Of a stretch of 64,000 bases of DNA, positions 1 to 11,541 are shown piece by piece. This DNA comes from the human T2T-CHM13v2.0 reference genome, Homo sapiens. Location of the stretch: the NCBI RefSeq assembly GCF_009914755.1, contig NC_060945.1; one strand, given 5' to 3'. Position numbers and translations under genes: made by a program. The notes below the pieces were generated by a model. That model was not told where the DNA came from. It searched no databases and saw only the letters and a program-made list of their open reading frames with translations. The first letter of the stretch is position 1, and each line of letters opens with the position of its first letter.

Positions 1-2330
1 TATAGTTTTCTGTCTACCAAAGAGCTTGTGGAAGATTGGGAGAAAAATTGAATCAGATATGGGGATATGTGGGAGGAAATGAAGGAAAGATGGCCCTCCC
101 TGGGGTAGAATCTGAGGATTTTTTAAACCATAATACTCCAAAGAATCAACTGGGTGCCTCCAGGAATAGAAATATAAGACTCCAGCCCCCAAGTCTGATT
201 CTGTGGTCTGGAAAGTGGAATGGGAATCTGCATTCTTAGTTAGCTCTCTCATCTCCAGTGAAAACGACCCTTGGACATATTTGGACAAGCATACTCAGGA
301 TGTGGCACTCCAGGTGGAGGAACTGAAAATGGGCCAGACTTTGGCTCATGAGAATCTCCTCTTTACACAATAATCCACAGCCAAAGGCTCTGTGTTTTAA
401 AACCAGGGAGGTGGTAGAGCTGGATAGCTTTTGGGGACATCTGGGCCTAACAGCGAGTAGGAGAGGGGATAGAGGTGTTCACCGCTAAACTCCACCTAGC
501 AGGTATGTTGGCCTAGGTGTCCTCTCAGAAGGAGGAAGACAGAGACAACCAAGCGCTCTGAGTGGAAAGCATTGCGTCTTCTCTCACATGTGCCATAGCA
601 GCTGGGGGAAAAGAAAATGACTAATTTGTGTGTTGCCTAAATAAGCAACACCATCCAGAAGCATCTCTTTCCTTTTCCATGCCTAAACCATGTCTAAGTA
701 CCGGCTTGACATGGCCTTAAATGACATGCAACTATTCTTTTTGGTGACAGCTCCCAGAGGTGACAGTGCAGTACTCGGGAGGAATTAAAAGACTTTCCGT
801 AATTTTCTAGAATCCTACCACTTTCAGGTGAGAATGACTGTGCCCTTCTCACCTGAATCTGACAGTGATATAAGTCCCCATATAAGGTGATGATCCTGCT
901 TCTCTTTGCTTGAGAGGCAGCGTCAATGCCACTCTGAAAAAAAGTAGATTCTAATTTGAGCATCATGTGTATCATTCACCGTCTAACTTATGATCTTTTA
1001 AACTTTCCCTAGGAATGGCTTCAGAGATGGAGAACAGTTATGTGTCCAGAGTGGAATCAGGCCATTATGATGGATTACCATCATTTCTCCCTATCTCTAG
1101 AAAGTCTGCTCCAAAGGTCTTTTCTGCAGAGAAGAATGCACAGCGTTTCAGGATGTCAAAACCTTAAATACCCGGATACTTAAAGATGAATCGGGCCCTA
1201 GCAAAGAACAGGAAAATTAGTTTTTCCTTTTTTTTCAAAGTGAGAAGAAATAATGATAGTACATGCTGGAAATATAATTTTGATATCACAAGTTTCTTAG
1301 GAAAAGGAAATAATAACCTATAACAACATTGCTTTAGATCACAAGATAGAGAAGTAGGCCTGTTTTGTATATGCTATTTTTGGATACCTGCCTTCTTAAA
1401 TTTGAGTTAATCACTTTACTGTGCAAGAAGAAATCAAAAAAAGCAACGATGAAAGAAGAGGCTCCTTCTAAGTTTTCAAGAGATAAAGAAAGTAATTTTA
1501 TAAGAGAGGAAATAAAATGTAATGCTTTTTCCAGCATAAGGTGAATGAGATCATCTGGGTTAGGAAGTTTTTCTATGCTGGGAAGATATGATAAAGTAAT
1601 TGAACATAAGTGCCTAGAATTTTATAGGAAACTCCCAAAGTCACTTGATTTAGAAGGACAGATGAGGCTCAATATGGCTTCTTCCCTCAGAAGTGGCATA
1701 GGTTACAGCAGTAGAAACTTAATCCAGCCTCAGAAAGAGTTCCCAAAGCACTCAAAAGTTGTATGCAAAAGACTTAGAAAACCGGGCTGGAAATATTTTA
1801 TACAGTAACCCTGAATGCTTTAGGATGGTTACTTTTTAATGTATTCCATGCTTGTCTAACACCTGCCCATTCCAGGGGGTACATACGCAGGGGCCTCTCC
1901 AGGCGAGCATCTCAGTTATACTTCCATCAGGTCCTGGCAGGAACACTGGATAGGGAGGCTAGATTCACTGCACATCGCCTCTACCATAGCTGCTCAGACC
2001 TTCATGTGCACACAAAACACCCAGAGATCTTGTTGGAACACAAATTGCCAGGGTACAACTCAGGGGAATTTGCATTTCTCACAAGATCTGCCCCTGGGCC
2101 CCCTGCAATGCAGATGCGGTGGGTCCCCAGACCCCACTTTGGGCAGCACCGATCTATACAACCACAGGAGGAAGCCCTCCCGATTAACATTCAAGCCAGG
2201 CAGGTGAAGGCTGGCCACATCTACCTGCCTGTCCCACAGGGACCTCCACCTTTCCTTTCTATTCCCATTCTACCTTTGTTCAGTAGGCCTTCATCCCCTC
2301 TTATCTAGCTACTGCAGTAGCTTCCTCACT

Positions 2331-2363
<33 letters not shown>

Positions 2364-2888
2364 CTCCTTTTCTATTCTAACTCTACCCATTCTAATGTAT
2401 CTTGCATACAGATAGATAGATATTCATTACTTTTCTGCAAATACATCTTGGATTACACTTTGTCTGCCTTTAATAGCATTCTGTGTCTTCCACAAGATGA
2501 CAGTGAATTACATGTGAGCCTTTTCTACCTAAATTACCTTATATTTTCCAGCCTTCACGTTTTTGTTCAGGCTGTTCCCAATGTCAGAAATTTCTTCCCC
2601 ATTCCCGTCCTTTCCTCTGCTTACTGAAACTGCATAGTTTTTACTACATAGCTCCAATGCCCCCTCCTTTGTGCAGTATCCATTGATTGCCCTGTGTGAA
2701 AATATTGGATTCCTCCTCTACATTCCAATAACAAATTGCCTGACAGGCATGCATGCCATTTGTGACGAGTGCCACTGATCCCCTTGTAACAGGTATTTGT
2801 AGCTTCCCCACCATATCTAAGCTTCTTGGGTGCAGAGATCCTGATGATTCTATCAAGATCTATCACATCTTACCCACAGAAAATGACT

Positions 2889-4160
2889 AATGGTAATGGT
2901 GCTGGGAGAACTGGCTAACCATACGCAGAAGATTGAAACTGGACCCCTTCCTTACACCACACGCAAAAATCAACTCCAGATGGATTAAAGATTTAAATGT
3001 AAAACCCAAAACTGTAAAAGCCCTGGAAGACAACCTAGGCAATACCATCCTGGACCTAGGAACAGGCAAATATTTCATGACAAAGACTCTAAAAGCAATC
3101 ACAACAAAAGCAAAAATTGACAAGTAGGATCTAATTAAACTGAAGAGCTTCAGCACAGCAAAAGAAACTATCAACAGAGTAAAGAGACAACCTACAGAAT
3201 GTGAGAAAATATTTGAAAACTATGCAACTGACAAAGGTCTAATATTTAGTATCTATAGGAATGTAAACAAATTTACAAGGGAAAAACAAACAACCCCATT
3301 AAAAATTGGGCAAAGGATATGAACAGATGCTTTTCAAAAGAAGACAAACATGTAGCCAACAAATATATGAAAAAAGCTCAATATCACCAATCACTAGAGA
3401 AATGCAAATCAAGACGACAATGATATACCATCTCATACCAGTCAGAATAGCTATTATTAAAAAGTCTAAAAAAAATAACAGGTGCCGGTAAGGTTGCAGA
3501 GAAAACTGAACATTCATACACTGTTGGTGGGAGTGTAAATTAGTTCAATCATTGTGGAAAGCAATATGGTATGGTGATTCCTCAAAAAGCTAAAAAGCAG
3601 AACTACCATTCAACCCAGCAATCCCATTACTGGGTATATATCCAGAGGAATATAAATCATTCTACCATAAAGACACATGCAAGCAAATGTTCACTGAAGC
3701 ACTATTAAGAATAGAAAAGATGTGGAATCCACCTAAATGCCCATCAATGACAGATTGAATAAAGAAACTGCCGTATATATACACCATGGAATACCATGCG
3801 GCCATAAAAAAGAATGAGATCACGTCTTTTGTAGGGACATCGATGGAGTTGAAGGCCATTATCTTTAGCAAACTAATGCAAGAACAGAAAACCACATGCC
3901 ACATGTTATCACTTATAAGTGGGAGCTAAATGATGAGAACTTATAAACACAAAGAAGGAAACAACAGACACTGGGTTCTACTTGAGTGGGGAGGGTGGGA
4001 GGAGGTAAAGGAGCAGAAAAGACAACCATTGGGTACTGAGCTTAATACCTGGGTGATAAAATAATCTGTACAACAAACCCCAGTGATATGTGTTTACCTA
4101 TGGAAGAAACCTGCATGTGTACCCCTGAACCTAAAAGTTTTTTTTTTTTTTTAAAAAGAA
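2889..4160 (+). mobile_element. 5'-truncated L1 (older L1PA, about L1PA13-16-like): ORF2 3' end and 3'UTR
   Basis: ORF2-like peptides [24 protein letters not shown] and REMQIKTT; L1 3'UTR; TSD AGAAAATGACT at 2878-2888 and 4161-4171. Confidence 0.9.
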
Positions 4161-4299
4161 AGAAAATGACTTTGTTAGATGGACTCCTGAAGGAATGAAT
4201 GAACAAATGGATGAACGGTCAAAATAATCAAGTAAATAAAGTAATGTTTTAGGCTCTGTGGTGATCGTGAGTGCTGTCTGTCACATGTTTCCGCTCATC

Positions 4300-4855
4300 T
4301 ACCTTCTGAGCACCTGGGAAACTTGTTCTGCCTGGTCCCTTGTGGTTGGATGGGGCCATATGACTGGCTTTAGCCAATGAGCTGTGAGTAGAAGTGCCAT
4401 GTGTATCTTCCAACCAATGAGCTGTCAGCAGAAGTGCCATATGTGTCTTCTGACCCAGGAAATGTGAGCAGAAGTACCATGTGGTACCATGTGTGTCTTC
4501 CAGCCAATGAGCTGTGAGCAGAAGTACTACATGAGCTTCCAGCAAATAAGCTGTGAGCATAAGCACCATGTGTAGCCTTCAGTGAATGAGTTGTGAGCAG
4601 AAGTGCCATGTGTGGCTTCCAGGCTGGAAGCCTTGTTATGATGGCACCATCCAGGCCACTCTTATTGACACTGTGACATGCAACTTTGAAATGGTGCTTG
4701 TTTTGTCAGTCTGGGATCCTGAGCCCACAATAAGCAGATCCCCCTGCCCCCAACCCCACAGTGGGCATATTGTGTGAGTGATAAACAACTCTTTGTTTAA
4801 GCAGCTAAGAAGCAGGTTGCTGCGTACTGAGCAGAACCCTCTATCCTCACTGGCA
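4300..4855 (+). mobile_element. Old MaLR LTR (MLT1J/H-like) containing a tandem amplification
   Basis: Motifs GGGGCCATATGACTGGCTTTAGCCAATGA and GTGAGCAGAAGTG, and 3' TTTGTTTAAGCAGCTAAG, resemble MLT1 LTRs. Confidence 0.55.
4371..4620. repeat. Minisatellite, about 40-bp unit x6 (CAGCCAATGAGCTGTGAGCAGAAGTGCCATGTGTGTCTTC)
   Basis: Units start near 4371, 4411, 4451, 4501, 4540 and 4581. Confidence 0.9.
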
Positions 4856-5459
4856 CAGGACTTTTCTGGATCTGTTTCCCACCACTCATTTCCACCTCAC
4901 GTACAGCTCTTCCAGCCACGACCAGGTCCTTCTCTCAACAACTTCTGTCCTTGAAGGTGACCCCTTATTACCCATTTTATTCTAGTAACATAAGACTCCC
5001 CTGTGTCTGGGGCTTTGCTTCCTGTTTTCTATTTACAGCTAATGATATCTGAGTCTCCCACCTCACAGCTGAGTGATCTGGTCTGTGCTTTGGGACCACC
5101 CCTGGGATTCTGTTACAGTGAATGTTCTCATGTATTTAGACTGACTTTGGAACATGAAAGCTCAGGAGAAGAGGTCTCCCTGCAATACTCCTGTTACATT
5201 TTGCAATTTAGAATTAAAGCAAATGTACAATCATAAAGAAAAAGGAAAAAAATAATAAAGTGATTTTTTTAAAAATAAAATTTCAGTCTTTGTGGGAGGG
5301 GATGGATTGAGCATTTCCTTGATTGGATTGTTTTGCTTTGGTAAAAAAGCACAGACTGTCTTCTTAAATGCATTTCTTTTTCTTTTTCAATAGTGAAAGG
5401 TAGTGAAAAAAGGAAAGAAATGAGCACTTTTAACAAGAGTATTTTCACACATATTACCT

Positions 5460-5622
5460 GTACAGGAGACATAATCAGTGCAAAATGGAAATGTGAAGCT
5501 TCTCATTCAAAAACTAAGATTTGCAAGATGATGACAGCAGTAAATAAATAAAAGCATCGGTTTTTTCTGAGTGTGGGGCCCTGTGTGACTGCACCGTTTG
5601 CTCCCCCATAAAGCCAGCCCTG
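5460..5622 (-). mobile_element. MER45A-like hAT relic
   Basis: Ends in ...GGGGCCCTGTGTGACTGCAC...AAGCCAGCCCTG, matching the recalled MER45A terminus in reverse. Confidence 0.6.
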
Positions 5623-6156
5623 CCTGTGACATGGCAGCCTTCTAAAATCCTAGATTTTTTGCTCCTCCACACATTGTTTCAGCACTGTATTCCATGACTT
5701 CAGAGAATGCCCAGGTGTGATTGCTGAATTCGGTGAGCATTTCTGGAGGAGAAAAGGATAATGCAAAGAAAGAGGAATGGAACACCCTTGCCAGCAGCCA
5801 CCATTGCTTGTCATCACATTAATTTCCCCCAGTGTCATGGAGACGGTCTACCGGGGCAGTGATCCACACAGGCATCAGAGGGAGGGACCTCTGACGGTGA
5901 CGGGGTCATTTCCCATCTGTGATGTTCATTTCAGTCCTGTCAACCCCAGAAAGCACAGCTAAAGACAAGTGGAAAATAAATGCACCTTGATGCCCAAATG
6001 GGTTGTTCCTTCCCCATTTAGACAACACAAGGAGGAGACCATTTTTAAACTGGTCTACTGCCATGTGGAAATGGACCATTCTGTCACGGTGAACTAATAT
6101 CTTATGACTTTTATCATACTGATTGGAGCCAAACTGTTATTAAAATTCACAATTGT

Positions 6157-6501
<345 letters not shown>

Positions 6502-8125
6502 TCATTTTCTTAAGTCCCTGTGCCTGGTTTGCATTTTGTTTTCTGTGATGCAGATCTAAGAGGTCTGAGATGAATCCTGAAGGGATGGGGCGCACGAGGA
6601 AAGCTGCTGAAGGTGTTCTGGACCAAAGCTAAGTAGCACCTTCTGCTTCATGGTCCCTCACAGCAGTGGTAGGTAGGTAGTTAGGAGCTCTGCTCAGGTT
6701 GGGGCGGCGAGGGTGGGAAACGTGAGCCAGAAAAGCCCCAGAAGTAATCTGATGTGCAGTTTGTAACAGACCTCATTTTCCTCCAGAAGCCAGGGGGTGG
6801 GATGGGTGAAAGAGGAGTTTTAAAAAGCAAGAAAGCTCAGTGCTGTTATGATTTGCATGCAGAAGTACTTGAAAATCTGTACTGGCAATTAGCTAATGAG
6901 ACAGTGCTCATTTCCGCCGACTGCCAAGGGCTTGACTTCCTAGAGAGCTGAGCGAGGCACTGGGAATCTACAGGAAGAAAATCGAGGGAGGGAGGGAGGG
7001 ATGCTCCTGCTTCCCCCAGTCACCTTGAACCCCTTCCTTACATGTGGCAACCATGTTGTTCCAATGCCAGCCCAAGTGTCACAGAATAGCTGTGAGAGAA
7101 AATAAACAAAGAATCACTCCAGTAACTTTCAGCACAATTTATTGGCACTTGTGTCTTACGGCTGCTGCCGCCTGTTGGGGTAATGACACATGATGGGTGA
7201 TTAAGGTGCAAGTCCTTAAATCAAAGCTGTGCATTTGGTCTGGAGAGGCAGCCAGCAGCCCTGAGTTTGCTCATCCCTCTGAGTGGGAGGACCTCTTTAG
7301 GACAAAAAGGGGCCTGTTATCCTAACAAGGGCAAGTCCTCGTGTCTGGGAACTGTTTCATGTTTTCAGGATTTACCCTAGCTCCTCTCTGACACATGAGA
7401 AAAAAGGAAAGCTGAGAGGGTAGCCCAGTCCATCATAGCTTGCTGGGTGATTTCGCATGAGGTTCCCGGGGCTGGGATGGCTTCTGAAGATGCCTCCACC
7501 TGCACCTCTCCCTGAAGGGAGGCCTATCAAGCAGCAAGTCAGGGGAATTTTGCAAGTGTTTTGATGACATGAATCTCTGCTTTTCACCCTTTCAGGGTTG
7601 GTGCTGGCAGGGAGGCTCGCTTAGGTGGGTGGAGCTCATAGTCTCTCTTTTTCCTTTATGCCAGGAATTAACAAATGAGGAAGAGATTGTGTGTGAGCCT
7701 CCCTGAGCCATGGACATTACACCTCTGGTCTGCCATGGGCTTTTGTGCTTTTCATTATTCTGAAACTGGACAAATCAATGACGCTTTCATACTTATCTAG
7801 CCAGGAGGAGGAACGGGGATGGTAGATTGCTGATAAGATCCAGGTTCCTGTTCCTTAAAAACTAGGAACTCCACAGCAATGGATCAGAAGGGGCCAAGCT
7901 TACCTAAGCTGGCAGGATAGGGAAGTCCCTTCTGTTTTAGCCCTTTAAGGACAGTCACTTTTAAACTACCCATCAGATTTTTGTTCTCTGTATCTGCTTT
8001 CCTCAGGCCTTTTCTCTCTATAAACCCCACCTCCTCTGCTCAGCTCATGGGAACACTCATTCTATGGCATCAAATGAGGTGTTGCCTGAATCTAGACTCT
8101 CAAATAAAAGCCAAAGGAGATTTTA

Positions 8126-8545
<420 letters not shown>

Positions 8546-8739
8546 GGCCCCAGGAGAGCAGGATCTTGGGGTGGGTAGATGTGCACTACTCATGACTAAC
8601 ACGGTGAAGAAGTATCCAACAGCAATGAAGGTGAAGTCCATACTACTGTAAAGAACAGTGCTAGAAATCAGGCAGAAGCCCACAGTGGATAGCCTGGAGA
8701 GGGCCCAAGTTTAAATCTCAGCTTTTTAATTTCCTGCTG

Positions 8740-8819
8740 TGTGAGGAGTCCCCAGGATGCAGGACTTTCAATGTGGAGACTGAGAGAGTCCCAGGGAAAC
8801 TGAGACAGCTGGTCACCTA
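8740..8819. mobile_element. MER81-like hAT-Blackjack fragment
   Basis: GCAGGACTTTCAATG...GTCCCAGGGAAACTGAGACAGCTGGTCACCTA resembles the recalled MER81 end. Confidence 0.55.
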
Positions 8820-8854
8820 TATGTGGCCTTGGGTCAATCTTTAACCTTGATGAA

Positions 8855-11117
8855 TGTATTAGTCCATTTTCACACTGCTGATAAAGACATACCTGAGGCT
8901 GGGAAGAAAAAGAGGTTGAATTGGATTTATAGCTCCATATGGCTGGGGAGGTCTCAGCATCATGGGGCGCAGGGAAAGGCACTTCTTACATGGTGGCAGC
9001 AAGAGAAAAATGAAGAGGAAGCAAAAGCGCAAATCCCTGATAAACCCATCAGATATTGTGAGATGTATTCACTATCATGAGAATAGCATGTGAAACGCTG
9101 ACCCCCATGATTTAATTACCTCCAGCTAAGACCCTCCCACAACACATGGGAATTCTGGGAGATACAATTCAAGTTGAGATTTGGTGGGGGGGCACAGCCA
9201 AACCATATCATTCTACCCTTGGCCCCTCCAAAATCTCATGTCCTCACATTTCAAAAACAATCATGCCTTCCCAACAGTCCCCCAAAGTCTTAACTCATTT
9301 CAGTATTAACCCAAAGTTCACAGTCCAAAGTCTCATCTGAGACAAGGCAAGTCCCTTCTGCCTATGAGCCTGTGCAATCAAAGCCTAGCTACTTCCTAGA
9401 TACAATGGGGGTACAGGCATTGGGGAAATATAGCCATTCCAAATGGGAGAAATTAGCCAAAACAAAGGGGCTACAGGCCCCATGAAAGCCCACAATCCAG
9501 CAGGGCAGTCAAATCTTAAAGTTCCAAAATGATCTCCTTTGACTCCATGTCTTGCATCCAGGTCATGCTGATGCAACAGATGCATTCCCATGGTCTTGGG
9601 CAGTTCCACCCCTGAGGCTTTCCAGGGTACAACCTTCATTCCAGCTGCTTTCATGGGCTGGTGTTGAATGTCTGTGACTTTTGTAGGCACATGATGCAAA
9701 CTGTCAGTGGATCTACCATTCTGGGGTCTGGAGGACAGTAGCCCTCTTCTCACAGTTCCACTAGGTGGTGCCCCAGTAGGGACTCTGTGTGGGGCCTCTG
9801 ACCCCACATTTCCCTTTGACACTGCCCTAGCAGAGATTCTCCATGAGGACCATGCCCCTGCAGCGAACTTTTGCCTGGGCATCCAGGCATTTCCATACAT
9901 CTCCTGAAACCTAGGAGGACATTCCCAAACCTCAATTCTTGACTTCTGTGCACCCACAGGCTCAACACCACATGGAAGCTGCCAAGGCTTGGGGCTTGCA
10001 CCCTCTGAAGCCATGGCCTGAGCTGTCCCTTCGCCCCTTTTAGTCATGGCTGGAGTGGCTGGGATGCAGGGCACCAACTCCCTAGGCTGCACACAGCATG
10101 GGCACCCTGGTGTTGGCCCATGAAACCATTTTTTCCTCCTATGCCTCCAGGTCTGTGATAAGAACGGCTGCTATGAAGACCTCTGACATGCCCTGGAGAC
10201 ATTTTCCCCATTATCCTGGGAATTAACATTTGGCTCCTTGTTACTTATGCAAATTTCTCCTCAGAAGATGGCATTTTCTTTTCTATCACATTGTCAGGCT
10301 GCAAATTTTCCAAACTTTTATGCTCTGCTTCCCTTATAAAATGAAATGCCTTTAACAGCACCCAAGTCATCTTTTGAATGCTTTGCTGCTTAGAAATTTC
10401 TTCCACCAGATACCCTAAACCATCTTTCTCAAGTTCAAAGTTCCACAAATCTCTAGGACAGGGGCAAAATGCTGCCAGTCTCTTTGCTAAAATATTATAA
10501 GTGTCACCTTTGCTCCAGTTCCCAACAAGTTCCTCATTTCCATCTGAGACCACCTCAGCCTGACGTTATTGTCCATATCACTATCAGCATTTTCGGCAAA
10601 GCCATTCAAGTCTCTAGGAAGTTCCAAACTTTCCCACATTTTTCTGTATTCTTCTGAGCCCTCCAAACTGTTCCAACCTCTGCCGGTTACCCAGTTCCAA
10701 AGTTGCTTCCATATTTTCAGGTATCTTTTCAGCAGTGCCCCACTCTACAGGTACCAATTTACTGTATTAGTCTGTTTCCACACTGCTGATGAAGACATAC
10801 CTGAGACTGGGAAGAAAAAGAGGTTGGATTGGACTTACAGTTCCACATGGCTGAGGAGGCCTCAGAATCACGGCAGGAGGCGAAAGCCACTTCTTACATG
10901 GTGGCGGCAAGAGAAAAATGAAGATGAAGTAAAAGCAGAAACCCCTGATAAACCCATCAGATCTCATGAGACTTATTCACCATCACACGAATAGCACAGG
11001 AAAGACTGACCCCCATGATTCAATTATCTCCCACTGGGTCCCTCCCACAGCACATGGAAATTCTAGGAGATACAATTCTAGTAGAGATTTGGATGGGGGC
11101 ACAGCCAAATCATACCA
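8855..11117 (-). mobile_element. Full-length THE1A MaLR provirus (3' LTR 8855-9210, internal 9211-10762, 5' LTR 10763-11117)
   Basis: Two roughly 355-bp direct LTRs with THE1A-type GGGTTTATCAGGGG..CTTTT core; 5-bp TSD ATGAA at 8850-8854 and 11118-11122. The internal region carries the degenerate MaLR ORF (9385-10092, 10245-10553). Confidence 0.93.
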
Positions 11118-11187
11118 ATGAACATCAGTTTTGTCATCTGAAGCAGGGCAGATAGTTATGCAAATTGCAGTATTGTTGGATATTAGC

Positions 11188-11541
11188 TGATATGGTTTGG
11201 CTCTGTGTTCCCACCCAAATCTCATCTTGAATTGTACTCCCATAATTCCCATGTGTTGTGGGAGGGACCAGGTAAGAGATAATCTGAATCATAGGGGTAG
11301 TTTCCCCGATACTGTTCTCATGGTAGTGGATAAGTCTCATGAGATCTGATGGTTTTATCAGAGGTTTCTGCTTTTGCATCCTTCTCATTTTCTCTTGCCG
11401 CTGCCATGTAAGAAGTGCCTTTTGCCTCCCACCATGATTCTGAGGCCTCCACAGCCATGTGGAACTATAAGTCCAACTAAACTTTTTTTCTTCCCAGTCT
11501 CGGGTATGTCTTTATTAGCAGCATGAAAACAAAACGATACA
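11188..11541 (+). mobile_element. THE1A-type solo LTR
   Basis: TGATATGGTTTGG...GATACA; 5-bp TSD TTAGC at 11183-11187 and 11542-11546. Confidence 0.92.

Noticed and set aside
4371-4620. CRISPR-like periodic roughly 40-bp repeats
   Set aside because: Head-to-tail units with no unique spacers, no cas genes, and a eukaryotic LTR context.
9385-10092. Longest ORF in the track (235 aa)
   Set aside because: It lies wholly in the THE1A internal region and is the broken MaLR internal ORF remnant, not a host gene.
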